From contig CAWHEU010000018.1 of assembly GCA_963828465.1 (NCBI GenBank), forward strand, positions 323,492 to 387,491: a DNA stretch of 64,000 nucleotides, written 5' to 3'. The stretch is from an uncultured Acidobacteriota bacterium. Its GTDB lineage: Bacteria; Actinomycetota; Acidimicrobiia; Spongiisociales; ZC4RG35. The position numbers and the translations under genes are program-made. Below are positions 46,317 through 56,381 of the stretch, piece after piece (the stretch's first letter is position 1; each line of letters begins with the position of its first letter). Under the pieces are notes generated by a model. The model searched no databases and had not been told where the DNA came from. It saw only the letters and a program-made list of their open reading frames with translations.

Positions 46317-46940
46317 ATGGACACCATCCTGATCTTCGCCGGTGGTGACCTCCCTGATGCAGGAATCGCCGACGAGCTCCCCTCCGCCGACCTGGTGGTG
46401 GCCGCCGACAGTGGCTACGACGCCGCCGAGCACCTCGGGTTCCGGGTCGATGTGTTGGTTGGCGACCTCGACTCTGTCGAGACCTCGCCCATCCCCCGGC
46501 ATGTGATCGTGGAGCGCCATCCCGTCGACAAAGATCAGACCGACCTCGACCTTGCCCTCGAGCTGGCAGTGCGGGAGGACCCGTCACGTGTAGTGGTCAT
46601 AGGGGGGACCGGAGGCCGGTTCGACCATGAGACGTCAACAGTTGGGCTCCTCTGCTCTGATCGCTGGTCGGCCGTCGACGAGCTCGACTGGGTCTCGTCA
46701 CGAAGTCGGGCGTATGTGCTGCACCGACGACGGATCCTGCACGGCGATGTGGGGGCGTTGGTCAGCCTGATTCCGGTGGGTGGGCCGGTCACCGGGCTCA
46801 CTACGAACGGGCTCCAATGGGAGCTCGACGGGGACACCTTCGAGGCCGGCACAACCAGAGGAGTGAGCAATGTGATGCGAGCCCCGGTGGCCGACATCAG
46901 GATCGACTCGGGTTGTCTACTCGTCGTCTTCCCGACCTAG
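46317..46940 (+). CDS. thiN: Thiamine diphosphokinase
   Basis: AADSG, GDLDS, KDQTD, GGRFDH, GVSN. Confidence 0.92.
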   Translation: MDTILIFAGGDLPDAGIADELPSADLVVAADSGYDAAEHLGFRVDVLVGDLDSVETSPIPRHVIVERHPVDKDQTDLDLALELAVREDPSRVVVIGGTGGRFDHETSTVGLLCSDRWSAVDELDWVSSRSRAYVLHRRRILHGDVGALVSLIPVGGPVTGLTTNGLQWELDGDTFEAGTTRGVSNVMRAPVADIRIDSGCLLVVFPT

Positions 46941-46954
46941 GGTTTTGCGGCTGA

Positions 46955-48483
46955 TCAGAGACCGGCTGCCACCGACGGGTCGAGCCGCGTATATCCGGCC
47001 AGATAGTCCGACCGCTCCTTGCCAAGTCTTGCCACCATCTCCTCGTACTCGGCCTCCCTGCCCAGTCTCTGATAGAGCCGCACCGGTTGGAGCAATTCGA
47101 CGTCGTCGACTCCGGGCACCCTCGAGGCGATCTCGTAGCCGAAGTCGGGATCGGTGGCCCATTCGATCGTGCCTTCCACGATCCCCTGAACAATGGCCGA
47201 CGAGTCCTGAATCCTGACCTTCTTCGAGTCATCGCCTTCCCCCCCGACCCGGCCGGTATTGAGCACGAACGCCTCGAGATCGGGGATCGTCTCGAGCAGC
47301 TCCAGCAGGCGATTGCCCTGCAGCAGCGTCGTCGTCGAAGAAGAACGGATTGGTGCCGGGCACCCGAAGGCTCTTGCCCGCCTCGGCAGCACCCCCGGCT
47401 GACGTTCCCTTCGTCTCCCCCAGCATGAAGAACGCCGGGATCTGATCGCGCCTCGAGCCTGGCGACAGCAGGGATGACGTGGTCGGAACGATTCAGCATG
47501 AGGAGGTATCGGGCCGGAGGGACGTCTCTCGGGTCGCGGTGCCGGATGTTGGCCAGCGGGAAAGTGCTTCGGCCGTTGGCTGTGTAGTCGGTGTCGAAGA
47601 AGTCGACCGTGCCGTCAGCGGTCACCGAGACGTTCTCCAGCCACGCGTCCGGCCGGGTTGTCCCACCGTAGATCGTCGGCTCGTCATCGGGGTCGAGGCC
47701 CCAGGTCTTGGCGAAGCATCCGTTCTCGGTCGTGCGGATCGCCCCACCGGGCATGAGGGCCACGAAATCGTCCTGCACCGGTAGCGAGCCCACTTGCTGA
47801 CGGAAAGTCGTAGTCGTCTTGCCGGTCCCGGAGAGACCGATGATCAGCATCGACTCCTCGTCGTCTGATCGGGTCGACCCGGCGGGAAAGGTCTTGAGCC
47901 CGGCGTGGAGGGCCAGACCGCCCCAGTCGTGCGCCAGCCTGCCCCACATCCGGAGGCTTCCCATTTTCGACTCCCCGAAGTAGTCGGAGCCGAGGACCCG
48001 GGTCACCCAGTTCTCGAGGTCGACGATGATGAGACGGTCATCCGGCTTCCCCGGCGCTGGAAGCGATGGGGTGTAGATGACAGTGAACTGTGGCTCTCCG
48101 CCTGGCGCAGGAGGGAAGAAGAGCTGGGCCTGCATTCCGGCGATGTTGGCCCCACCAGCCTCGATCATCAGCCGACTCGGCGTGCTGAAGGACGGATCGG
48201 GACCAACCCGACCCTCGATCAGCAGCATGTCCTGTGACGCGATGTGCTCGTCCTGGAGGCGGGCCCACTCCTCTGCCTCGGCTCTGGATATCCGGTTCTT
48301 GTGGATCTCATGCTCGGCGATGAAGAAGGTCGAATTGCTGAGACGGGAGGTGACTTCGGCCTGATAGTTGAGGTTTCCGAACTCGGTGACCGTGACCCGA
48401 GGCATTCGCTCCAGCGTCAGCTCACGGAGGCGCTCCTGAGTCGGGTTGACCTCGGTCGACCTGGCTTGGGGCAATTCGAGCAT
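46955..48483 (-). CDS. pckA: Phosphoenolpyruvate carboxykinase (ATP), frameshifted near 47450 and 47325
   Basis: YFGESK, GLSGTGKT, QDD, ENGCFAK, NGR; C-terminus continues in two other frames (MLGETKGT, LNTGRVGG). Confidence 0.8.
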
Positions 48484-48486
48484 GAG

Positions 48487-49497
48487 TCAGCTATCAGTCG
48501 ATTCAGAGGGGGAACCCGGAGCAGAGTAGTCGCCGAGTGGCTGCACGGCGCTACCCGGGAGCCATGCAGGCATGGGCTCCTGACGGATATAGGCGATGAG
48601 ATTCGCCACGGCAAGGGCGGCCATCGCTCTCCGCGCCGGGACGGTCGCACTACCGATGTGAGGCACCACCAGACAGTTGGGGAACTGGAGCAAGGGATGA
48701 TCGGAAGGCAATGGCTCCGGGTCGGTGACGTCGAGCGCGGCCCCCCCGATAATTCCGTCCGCCAACGCCTCCACCAGGGCGTCGGTGTCGACGATCGGGC
48801 CGCGGGCCACGTTCACCAGCATCGCCGAGTCCTTCATCAGCCGCAGTTCGGCGCGGCCGATCATCCCGCGCGTCTCATCGGAGAGGGGTACTGCGATCAC
48901 CACGATGTCCGACCTCGCGAGCAGCGCGGCGAGATCGAGTCGCTCCGCGCCCGGGACGTCCTTTGTCGTCCGCGCCGTGTACAACACGCGCATGTCGAAA
49001 CCACGGGCTCGCCGTGCAATCGCCTGGCCGATCCGTCCCATCCCCACGATCCCGAGTGTGGCGCCATGCAGGTCGCCGCTGAGGAAGTGCCATGGATCCC
49101 ACGGACCCCACGCCCCCGACTTGACGATGGCTTCTCCCTCGGGGAGACGTCTGACTGCGGCGCCGATGAGGGCGAAAGCGGTGTCCGCCGAAGTCTCTGT
49201 CAGCACGTCCGGGGTATGGCCAACCGCCACCCCGTGACCCCGGCAGGCCTCGACGTCGATGTTGTCGACTCCCACCGACATCTGGGAGATCACCTTCAGC
49301 TTCGGCACAGAATCGAGCAATTCGACATCGATCCTGTCCGACAGCATCGACAGCCACGCGTCACAATCGACCAGACGCTCGAGGAGGGTCTCCCTGGGCA
49401 CCCGCTCTTTCTCACCCCAGACCTCGACCTCGGCGAGGGTCTCCAGGGGCTCGAGGATGTCCCCCGGGATGAAGTCGCTGACGAACACCCTCGGCAT
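48487..49497 (-). CDS. D-2-hydroxyacid dehydrogenase (glyoxylate reductase/D-glycerate dehydrogenase)
   Basis: GMGRIG, NVARG, LDVTDPEP, PHIGS. Confidence 0.92.
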   Translation of the reverse strand: MPRVFVSDFIPGDILEPLETLAEVEVWGEKERVPRETLLERLVDCDAWLSMLSDRIDVELLDSVPKLKVISQMSVGVDNIDVEACRGHGVAVGHTPDVLTETSADTAFALIGAAVRRLPEGEAIVKSGAWGPWDPWHFLSGDLHGATLGIVGMGRIGQAIARRARGFDMRVLYTARTTKDVPGAERLDLAALLARSDIVVIAVPLSDETRGMIGRAELRLMKDSAMLVNVARGPIVDTDALVEALADGIIGGAALDVTDPEPLPSDHPLLQFPNCLVVPHIGSATVPARRAMAALAVANLIAYIRQEPMPAWLPGSAVQPLGDYSAPGSPSESTDS

Positions 49498-49564
49498 CGG
49501 GGTCGCAGGCTAACCCGGCAACACAGAACAGTTCCCTTCCAAGGTGCCGATACCATTCCTCGAG

Positions 49565-50362
49565 ATGCGACGCATCGCCCTGACCGCCCTCCTCAGCCTG
49601 GCAGTGGCCGGCTGTGCCAGCGCCGATGCGACTGAGCCTGCCCCGACCGTCGCACCTACGAACAGCGTGGCTCCGACGACGACCACACCACCCACAACGA
49701 CCACTTCGATCGCCACCACCACGACGGTTGAAGAGGCCCTCGATGTCGAGTCCCTTCCGGAGGGTTCCTCTCTCGTCCTCGGTGCGCGCGGGGCGGTGGA
49801 GGTCTTCGCTGGGCCGAAAGAAACCGAGCCGACACGCACCCTGGAACCAACCACCATCCTGGGGACCACAACTGTGCTCATGGTCCTGGAGGGACCGAAT
49901 GACGGATGGGCCCGGGTCCTTCTCCCCGGTCGTCCTAATGGCGCCGAGGGATGGGTCCGCGCCGACGAGATGGTCGCGTTCGTCGTCGATGGCAAAGTGC
50001 TTATCGACCTCTCCGACCGGACGCTCAGCTATGTCGTGGGAGACCACGAGGTGATCGCAACCCCGGTCGGAGTCGGCAGTGGAGCCAATCCAACCCCGAC
50101 GGGGACGTTCTTCGTCACCGACAGCGTTGCCCTGGCCGATCCCAACAGCCCCTGGGGCCCCCATGCCCTCGGTCTGTCCGCTCGATCCGACACCGTCACT
50201 GAATACAACGGGGGCGACGGGATCATCGGCATCCACGGAACCAACAACCCGTCGTCGATCGGTCGTGCGGTGTCACTTGGATGCGTCCGGGTTGCCAACG
50301 ACGTCGTCACACGTCTCCACGACGTGGTCGCCGTCGGGACGCCGGTAGAGATCAGGGCGTAA
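49565..50362 (+). CDS. L,D-transpeptidase lipoprotein (YkuD)
   Basis: VAGC lipobox, TPTGTF, GIHGT...SLGCVR. Confidence 0.92.
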   Translation: MRRIALTALLSLAVAGCASADATEPAPTVAPTNSVAPTTTTPPTTTTSIATTTTVEEALDVESLPEGSSLVLGARGAVEVFAGPKETEPTRTLEPTTILGTTTVLMVLEGPNDGWARVLLPGRPNGAEGWVRADEMVAFVVDGKVLIDLSDRTLSYVVGDHEVIATPVGVGSGANPTPTGTFFVTDSVALADPNSPWGPHALGLSARSDTVTEYNGGDGIIGIHGTNNPSSIGRAVSLGCVRVANDVVTRLHDVVAVGTPVEIRA

Positions 50363-50385
50363 CGCCCTGATCTCGGTTGTAGGTC

Positions 50386-51246
50386 TTAGGTTCCACGTTT
50401 TACGACGCCGTTCGAGAGCACGACGACTGCTCGTTCTTTCACCGAGGTCGACACCACGAGCTTTTCGCCGTCGTCCCAAACCGAGCTGACCAGCGTCTCC
50501 CCCGGGTAGACGACGCCCGAGAAGCGGGCCCGAAACGAGGCCACCGCATCGGGGCGTCCGTCGAGGGCATGGTCGACGACCGCCTTGCAGACCATCCCGT
50601 AGGTGCACAACCCGTGCAGGATCGGTCGATCGAACCCCGCGAAGGCGGCGAACCCCGGGTCGGCGTGGAGGGGGTTCTTGTCCCTCGATGCCATCCGGTA
50701 GAGCAGCGCCTGCTGAGGAAGGGTGACCGACTCGACGACGTGGTCGGGGTCCCGCGATGGCCTGAGATCTGTCGTCGATGGGCCGCTGTCCCCGCCGAAG
50801 CCACCCTCCCCCCTGATGAATATCGACGCACGATTGGTGAACAGCGGCTTGCCCGTCTTCTCCAGTACTGAAACGATCTCGACGACCACCAGTGCGCCTT
50901 TGCCCTTGTCCAGGATCTCGGTCACGCTGCCGGTCTGGATCACCGTCCCGGTGGTCGGGATCGGCTCGTGGACGACGATCTCATGCTCCCCGTGGAGGAT
51001 CATTGCCGGGTTGATATCGAAGCCAGGGGCGTATCCCATGCTCATCATCACCGGGAACTGGGGGATGGTTGCGTAGGTGGGGAGCACTCGTAGGTCGCCC
51101 TCGTAGGCGTAGCGCAACTCACCCGGGTCGGTGGGCGGGACACCGGCGCCAACGCCCAGGTGGTACAGGATGATGTCGTCCTCATCCCATACGGCGGTCC
51201 CTCCGGCGAGCTCCGCCCCGATCGCTTTCTCGAGATCGATCGGCAT
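50386..51246 (-). CDS. MaoC-type (R)-enoyl-CoA hydratase, double hot-dog fold
   Basis: LHGEH and DKNPLHADP...PILHGLCTYG hydratase-2 motif. Confidence 0.9.
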   Translation of the reverse strand: MPIDLEKAIGAELAGGTAVWDEDDIILYHLGVGAGVPPTDPGELRYAYEGDLRVLPTYATIPQFPVMMSMGYAPGFDINPAMILHGEHEIVVHEPIPTTGTVIQTGSVTEILDKGKGALVVVEIVSVLEKTGKPLFTNRASIFIRGEGGFGGDSGPSTTDLRPSRDPDHVVESVTLPQQALLYRMASRDKNPLHADPGFAAFAGFDRPILHGLCTYGMVCKAVVDHALDGRPDAVASFRARFSGVVYPGETLVSSVWDDGEKLVVSTSVKERAVVVLSNGVVKRGT

Positions 51247-52154
51247 CAGCCGCCTGCCAGACGGGCGAGGATCATGAGCTCTTCGTTGATGTCCCCCGGG
51301 ATCACATACGCAGAGACATCCCGGATCTCATCGAGGTGCTCCACTAGGTCCTCGACCGTGGGCACCACTCCCTGGCCCGCGAACCACCCGGTGTTGGTGC
51401 CGACGAAGACACGGCCGTACCTGCCCCCGCCGACCGTGAAGATCTCGTGGGTGTGCTCGTTCTGCTCAGAGCAGAGATAGACCACCATCGGCATCACCTG
51501 CTGTGGGTCGAGCATCTCGACGAACGGACCGAGGATGTCCTCGGTCATCCGGGTGCGGGCAGTGGGTGCCACCGCATTCGACTTGATGTTGTACTTGGCC
51601 CCCTCGATGGCGAGCACGTTGGACAGGCCGACCAGCCCGGCCTTGGCTGCGCCGTAGTTGGCCTGGCCGAAGTTGCCGAAGAGACCGGATGCAGAGCTGG
51701 TGTGGACGAAACGGCCGTACCCCCGTTCCTTCATCAGTTTGAAGGCCGGATGCGACACGTGGAAGGCGCCTCTGAGGTGCACGTCGAGGACTGCGTCGAC
51801 CTCGTCGAGCGTCATATTGGCGAACGACTTGTCCCTGAGGATCCCCGCGTTGTTGATCACGATGTCGACCGACCCGAAGGCATCCAGGGCGGTCTGGACG
51901 ATGCCCTCGCCGCCCTCGCGAGTGGCAACCGAGTCGTAGCTGGCCACCGCTTCACCTCCGGCGCCTTTGACCTGATCCACCACCACATCGGCCGCGGAAT
52001 GCGAAGCGCCGCTTCCATCAACCGCGCCGCCCAGGTCGTTGACTACGACCATGGCGCCCCGTCTCCCCAATTCGAGGGCGTACTCCCTACCGAGTCCCCC
52101 ACCGGCCCCGGTGACTACAGCCACCCGCCCGTCGAACGTGATTGGCTCACCCAT
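51246..52154 (-). CDS. SDR 3-hydroxyacyl-CoA dehydrogenase (MFE-2-like)
   Basis: TGAGGGLG, VVNDLG, NNAGILRD, NFGQANYGAAK. Confidence 0.92.
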   Translation of the reverse strand: MGEPITFDGRVAVVTGAGGGLGREYALELGRRGAMVVVNDLGGAVDGSGASHSAADVVVDQVKGAGGEAVASYDSVATREGGEGIVQTALDAFGSVDIVINNAGILRDKSFANMTLDEVDAVLDVHLRGAFHVSHPAFKLMKERGYGRFVHTSSASGLFGNFGQANYGAAKAGLVGLSNVLAIEGAKYNIKSNAVAPTARTRMTEDILGPFVEMLDPQQVMPMVVYLCSEQNEHTHEIFTVGGGRYGRVFVGTNTGWFAGQGVVPTVEDLVEHLDEIRDVSAYVIPGDINEELMILARLAGG

Positions 52155-52184
52155 TTACTGACTCCCTCCGATCGATGTCCTGGC

Positions 52185-53333
52185 TCAGAGACCGAGAGAC
52201 CGCCCGATGATCTCCTTCATGATCTCGGTCGTCCCCCCATAGATCGTCTGGACCCGTGCGTCCCGGAATGCCCTGGCGATGGGGTATTCCTCCATGTAGC
52301 CCCACCCGCCAAAGAGCTGGAGACAGCGGTCTATCACCTTTTTCTCCATCTCCGTTACCCACCATTTGGCTTTGGCAGCATCCTCGGCACTCAGCTCGCC
52401 CCGGTTCAGCGCCATCACCTGGCGGTCGACGTAGGTCTGCGCGATGTCGAGCTCGGTCCTCATCTCGGCCATCACATGCTTCACGGTCTGGAAGCTCCCT
52501 ATGGGCTGATCGAAAGCGTGACGCTCCTTGACGTAGTCAAGCGTCCAATCGAATGCGGCCTGAGCGTGGGCAACAGAGCCAGTGGCGAGGCTGAGCCGCT
52601 CCTGGGGCAGATTCTCCATCAGGTAGACGAAGCCCATCCCCTCCTCCCCCAGCCGGTTCGACACCGGCACCCTGACATCGTCGAAGAAGAGCTCGGCGGT
52701 GTCCTGGGCGTGGAGGCCGATCTTCTCCAGGTTTCGCCCCCGGCTGAAGCCCTCCGAGCCGTCCTCGATGACGACGAGGCTCATCCCGCTGTGCCTCTCC
52801 TGAGGGTCCGTCTTGACCGCGGTGATCACGAGATCGGAGTTGATCCCGTTGGTGATGAATGTCTTGGACCCGTTGACGACATAGACGTCGCCATCGCGGC
52901 TGGCCGTGGTCTTGATCCCGGCCAGATCCGACCCAGCGCCGGGCTCGGTCATGGCAATCGCCGACATCAGGTCCCCCGACACGAGACCGGGCATCCACCG
53001 TCTGGCCTGCTCGTCGTTGCAGAGGTGCGTGAAATAGGGGAGACACACATCGTTGTGAAGGGTGATGCACATCCCCGAAGCCATGGCGTCGGCGCGCATC
53101 AGCTCCTCACCGACCACCATGTTGAAACGGAAGTCGGTTATCCCGCCCCCACCATGCTCCTCCGGGACGGCCATACCGAGAAGCCCGGCCTTGCCCGCTT
53201 TGCGGAACATGTCTTTGTCGACCTTCCCCTGGGCCTCCCACTTGGCGACGTTGGGAGCCACCTCCCGCTCGACGAATTCACGGGCGGTGGAGCGGAACAG
53301 CTCATGGTCCGCTTCGAAAAGGTCTCGTTGCAT
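52185..53333 (-). CDS. Acyl-CoA dehydrogenase (LCAD-like)
   Basis: AMTEPGAGSDL, GSKTFITNG, QLFGGWGY, IYGGTTEIM. Confidence 0.95.
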   Translation of the reverse strand: MQRDLFEADHELFRSTAREFVEREVAPNVAKWEAQGKVDKDMFRKAGKAGLLGMAVPEEHGGGGITDFRFNMVVGEELMRADAMASGMCITLHNDVCLPYFTHLCNDEQARRWMPGLVSGDLMSAIAMTEPGAGSDLAGIKTTASRDGDVYVVNGSKTFITNGINSDLVITAVKTDPQERHSGMSLVVIEDGSEGFSRGRNLEKIGLHAQDTAELFFDDVRVPVSNRLGEEGMGFVYLMENLPQERLSLATGSVAHAQAAFDWTLDYVKERHAFDQPIGSFQTVKHVMAEMRTELDIAQTYVDRQVMALNRGELSAEDAAKAKWWVTEMEKKVIDRCLQLFGGWGYMEEYPIARAFRDARVQTIYGGTTEIMKEIIGRSLGL

Positions 53334-53352
53334 ATCCGCCCGGGTCCGGGTC

Positions 53353-55191
53353 TCAGACTCCTACGTAAAGACTCTCGATCTCGCTCGCGTACTTGTCGAG
53401 CACGACCTTTCGCTTGAGCTTCAGCGACGGTGTCACCTCGCCCGAGTCGGGGGTCCACTCGTCGGGCACGATGATCCATTTCTTCACCTGTTCGACCGAT
53501 GAGACGGTCCCGTTGGCCTCGTCGATCGCCCGCTCGATCTCGGCATTGACCTCGGCGAGCTTGGAGAAGGTCGCCAGGTCCTCATAGACCAGACCGTTGG
53601 CCTCGGCCCACGCCGGTGCCTCCTCATGGTCGAGGGCAACGATCATCGTCAGGAACTTGCGACCGTCGCCGACCATGCACGCCTTGGAGATGAGAGCGTG
53701 GTTGCCGAGGAGAGTCTCCAACTTGGCCGGGGCGATGTTCTTTCCCCCAGCTGTGATGATGATTTCCTTCTTTCGGCCAACGATCCACACGAAGCCGTCG
53801 TCGTCGATCCGGGCCAGGTCGCCCGAATGGAGCCAGCCCTGGGAGTCGAAGGCCTCGGTGGTGTCATCGGGGAGCTTGTAATAGCCATCGGTGATGACCC
53901 CTCCCCTCATCAACAGCTCATCGTCTTCGGCAAGCTCCACCTCCACCCCGGGGAGAGCCTTCCCCACCGAGCCGAGTCGGAACGCTCCGGGGAGATTTGT
54001 CGTCGCCGGGCCGGTGGTCTCCGACATCCCGTACAACTCGAAGAGGGGGATCCCGAGAGTTTGGAAGAACAGGATGAGGTCCGGGTTGATCGGTGCAGCG
54101 GCGGTGATCGCGAGCTCCACCTGGTCCATGCCCAGTTGCTCGCGCACCTTGGACAGGACGAGCGAGTCGAGCGTCCCCGCCATCATCGGGCCCGATGTCC
54201 CTTCCTGCTCCGCCAGAACACGTTTCCGATTGGCGTCCAACGCCCGATCGAGCAGAGTCTTCTTTATCCCGTGAGTCTCGGCGAAACGTGCCGCGAGCCG
54301 GGAGTGGAACTTCTCGAAGACACGGGGAACCCCGACGAACAAAGTCGGCCGAGCCTCTTGTATGTACTCGAGGACACCGGCGAGATTCGGGCAGAACCAC
54401 ACTTGGCCGGCGAGGTAGGTGGCCAGATAGTGGGTTGCGAGCCGCTCGGCGATGTGCGCGAGTGGAAGATAAGAGACCATGCGGGGCCCGAGGTCGATGT
54501 TGGCCGCCCGTCGCAGGCATTCGGCAGTCCAGACGACATTGCGGTGGCTGATCATCACGCCTTTGGGGGTGCCGGTGGTGCCTGAGGTGTAGATCAGGGT
54601 GGCCAGCGTGTCCGGGGTGATCGTGCCGGCGGTTCGACTCACTGCGTCGGGGTCGTCAGCAAGGCGCTTCTTACCCCTGACCAGAAGCTCGTCCCAACTC
54701 AACACCCAATCGGCGGTGTCGTAGTTCTCGGCGCCCGACATCAGGACCACGTACCGCAGGTTGGGTAGCTCGGAGCGGATCTCCTCCCAGCGCTTCATGA
54801 ACTCGAGGTCTTCCAGCACCGCCACGGTGGCCTTGCAGTTGTCGGCGATGTATTGGACCTGGGGCGCGGTGAGCGTGGAGTAGATGGTCACCGCGGTCGC
54901 CCCGGAATGGATGGCGGCGTAGTCGGCGATGACGTGCTCCGGGCGGTTCCCGGCCATGATGGCGACGAATTCCCCCTCGCCGACACCCAGGGCCTGGAAA
55001 CCCGCGGCCGCCTCGTGCACTGCCTGGCGGTACTCACCCCAGGTCAGCGTCTTCCAGTCCCCATCCTTGTAATGGATCGCGGGCTGGGCACCGTGACGCT
55101 CAGCATTCCGATCGAGGTAATCGACGATCGTCTTGCCCTCTATCTCGGCGTCGATCGCCGCTCGCTCCGCCAACACGGCTTCCTGGGACAT
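53353..55191 (-). CDS. Long-chain fatty-acid--CoA ligase
   Basis: YTSGTTGTPKG, YLPLAHIAER, YGMSE, GRKKEIIITAGGKN. Confidence 0.95.
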   Translation of the reverse strand: MSQEAVLAERAAIDAEIEGKTIVDYLDRNAERHGAQPAIHYKDGDWKTLTWGEYRQAVHEAAAGFQALGVGEGEFVAIMAGNRPEHVIADYAAIHSGATAVTIYSTLTAPQVQYIADNCKATVAVLEDLEFMKRWEEIRSELPNLRYVVLMSGAENYDTADWVLSWDELLVRGKKRLADDPDAVSRTAGTITPDTLATLIYTSGTTGTPKGVMISHRNVVWTAECLRRAANIDLGPRMVSYLPLAHIAERLATHYLATYLAGQVWFCPNLAGVLEYIQEARPTLFVGVPRVFEKFHSRLAARFAETHGIKKTLLDRALDANRKRVLAEQEGTSGPMMAGTLDSLVLSKVREQLGMDQVELAITAAAPINPDLILFFQTLGIPLFELYGMSETTGPATTNLPGAFRLGSVGKALPGVEVELAEDDELLMRGGVITDGYYKLPDDTTEAFDSQGWLHSGDLARIDDDGFVWIVGRKKEIIITAGGKNIAPAKLETLLGNHALISKACMVGDGRKFLTMIVALDHEEAPAWAEANGLVYEDLATFSKLAEVNAEIERAIDEANGTVSSVEQVKKWIIVPDEWTPDSGEVTPSLKLKRKVVLDKYASEIESLYVGV

Positions 55192-55204
55192 TTCTCCTCC
55201 GCGA

Positions 55205-56350
55205 TCAGGCCACTGCTCCGACCCGGCGGAGCATACTTGTCTCGGTTTCGCTATAGCCGAGCGTCTTCAGCACGAGATCTGTGTCCCTTCCCGGATAGCC
55301 AGGGCCCGACGGGACGGGTGCAGGAGTAACCGAGAATCTGGGGCCGGGAGCGGGCTGGGTGACCCCGTCGACCTCGATGAACACCTCGCGGGCGATGTTG
55401 TGGGGATGGCCGGGCGCCTCGGTGGCGTCGAGGACCGGGGCCACGCAAGCGTCGATCTGCGCGAATTGCTTTGCCCACTCGTCACGACTCCGTGAGGCGA
55501 ATCTGGCCGCCAGGACGGCCTTGATCTTTGGCCACCCCTCCCTGTCTCCTTGTGCAGGCAGAGACTCCTGGTCGAGATCGAGACCTTCGAGGAGTGCAGC
55601 AAAGAACTGCGGCTCCAGAGCGCCGACCGCGATGTATCCGCCATCGGCTGTCTCGTATACCGCATAGAACGGTGCCCCACCATCGAGGAGATTGGCCTCG
55701 CGCCGCCCGGCTGCCCACCAGCCCTCCGCGATATGACCGTGCATGGCCGCGGTGAGCAGTGCCGACCCGTCGACCATGGCGGCATCGACAACCTGGCCCT
55801 CCCCGGTCTCACGGGCGTGCAGCACGGCGGCGAGGAGGCCGACTGCGAGGAACATGCCGCCTCCTCCGAAGTCACCGACGAGATTCAATGGAGGCAAGGG
55901 TGTTTCGGCGGGGCCGATCGCGTCCAGGGCACCAGAGAGAGCGATGTAGTTGATGTCGTGTCCTGCCCGCCCCGATAGCAAACCATGCTGACCCCAGCCG
56001 GTCATCCGGCCGTACACGAGGGCAGCGTTCCGGGCGAGACACTGAGCGGGGCCGATGCCGAGACGCTCGGTGACCCCGGGTCTGAACCCTTCGATCAGAG
56101 CGTCGGCCCCTTCTACCAGCCGAAGCACGACACTCACTCCTTCTTCGTGCTTGAGGTCCACCCCGATTGACTTCTTTCCACGACACATGAGGTCACTTCG
56201 CGTCGAGCTCGTGTGCCCGCCGGTGACCGCATCGGCTCGATCCACCCTCACCACATCGGCGCCGAGGTCGGCAAGGATCATCCCGCAGAAGGGCGCCGGC
56301 CCCACGGCGGCGATCTCGACAACCCTCATTCCCTGCAAGGGGCCGGTCAT
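55205..56350 (-). CDS. Alpha-methylacyl-CoA racemase (CaiB/BaiF family)
   Basis: GPAPFCGMILADLGA, EGFRPGV, GHDINY, VDAAMVDG, GALEPQF. Confidence 0.9.
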   Translation of the reverse strand: MTGPLQGMRVVEIAAVGPAPFCGMILADLGADVVRVDRADAVTGGHTSSTRSDLMCRGKKSIGVDLKHEEGVSVVLRLVEGADALIEGFRPGVTERLGIGPAQCLARNAALVYGRMTGWGQHGLLSGRAGHDINYIALSGALDAIGPAETPLPPLNLVGDFGGGGMFLAVGLLAAVLHARETGEGQVVDAAMVDGSALLTAAMHGHIAEGWWAAGRREANLLDGGAPFYAVYETADGGYIAVGALEPQFFAALLEGLDLDQESLPAQGDREGWPKIKAVLAARFASRSRDEWAKQFAQIDACVAPVLDATEAPGHPHNIAREVFIEVDGVTQPAPGPRFSVTPAPVPSGPGYPGRDTDLVLKTLGYSETETSMLRRVGAVA

Positions 56351-56381
56351 GGTCCGGCGCAACCTAGTGGTCTGTGACCGT

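Noticed and set aside
47229-47460. Programmed frameshifting in pckA
   Set aside because: No slippery heptamer; the same indel pattern affects many unrelated genes, pointing to sequencing error
49640-49730. ACC/ACG repeats in L,D-transpeptidase (similar runs at 57930-58010 and 36160-36270)
   Set aside because: Ordinary Thr-rich lipoprotein linkers, not DNA repeat arrays
51447-53417. 656-aa plus-strand ORF opposite the SDR and acyl-CoA dehydrogenase
   Set aside because: Antisense shadow of well-conserved genes
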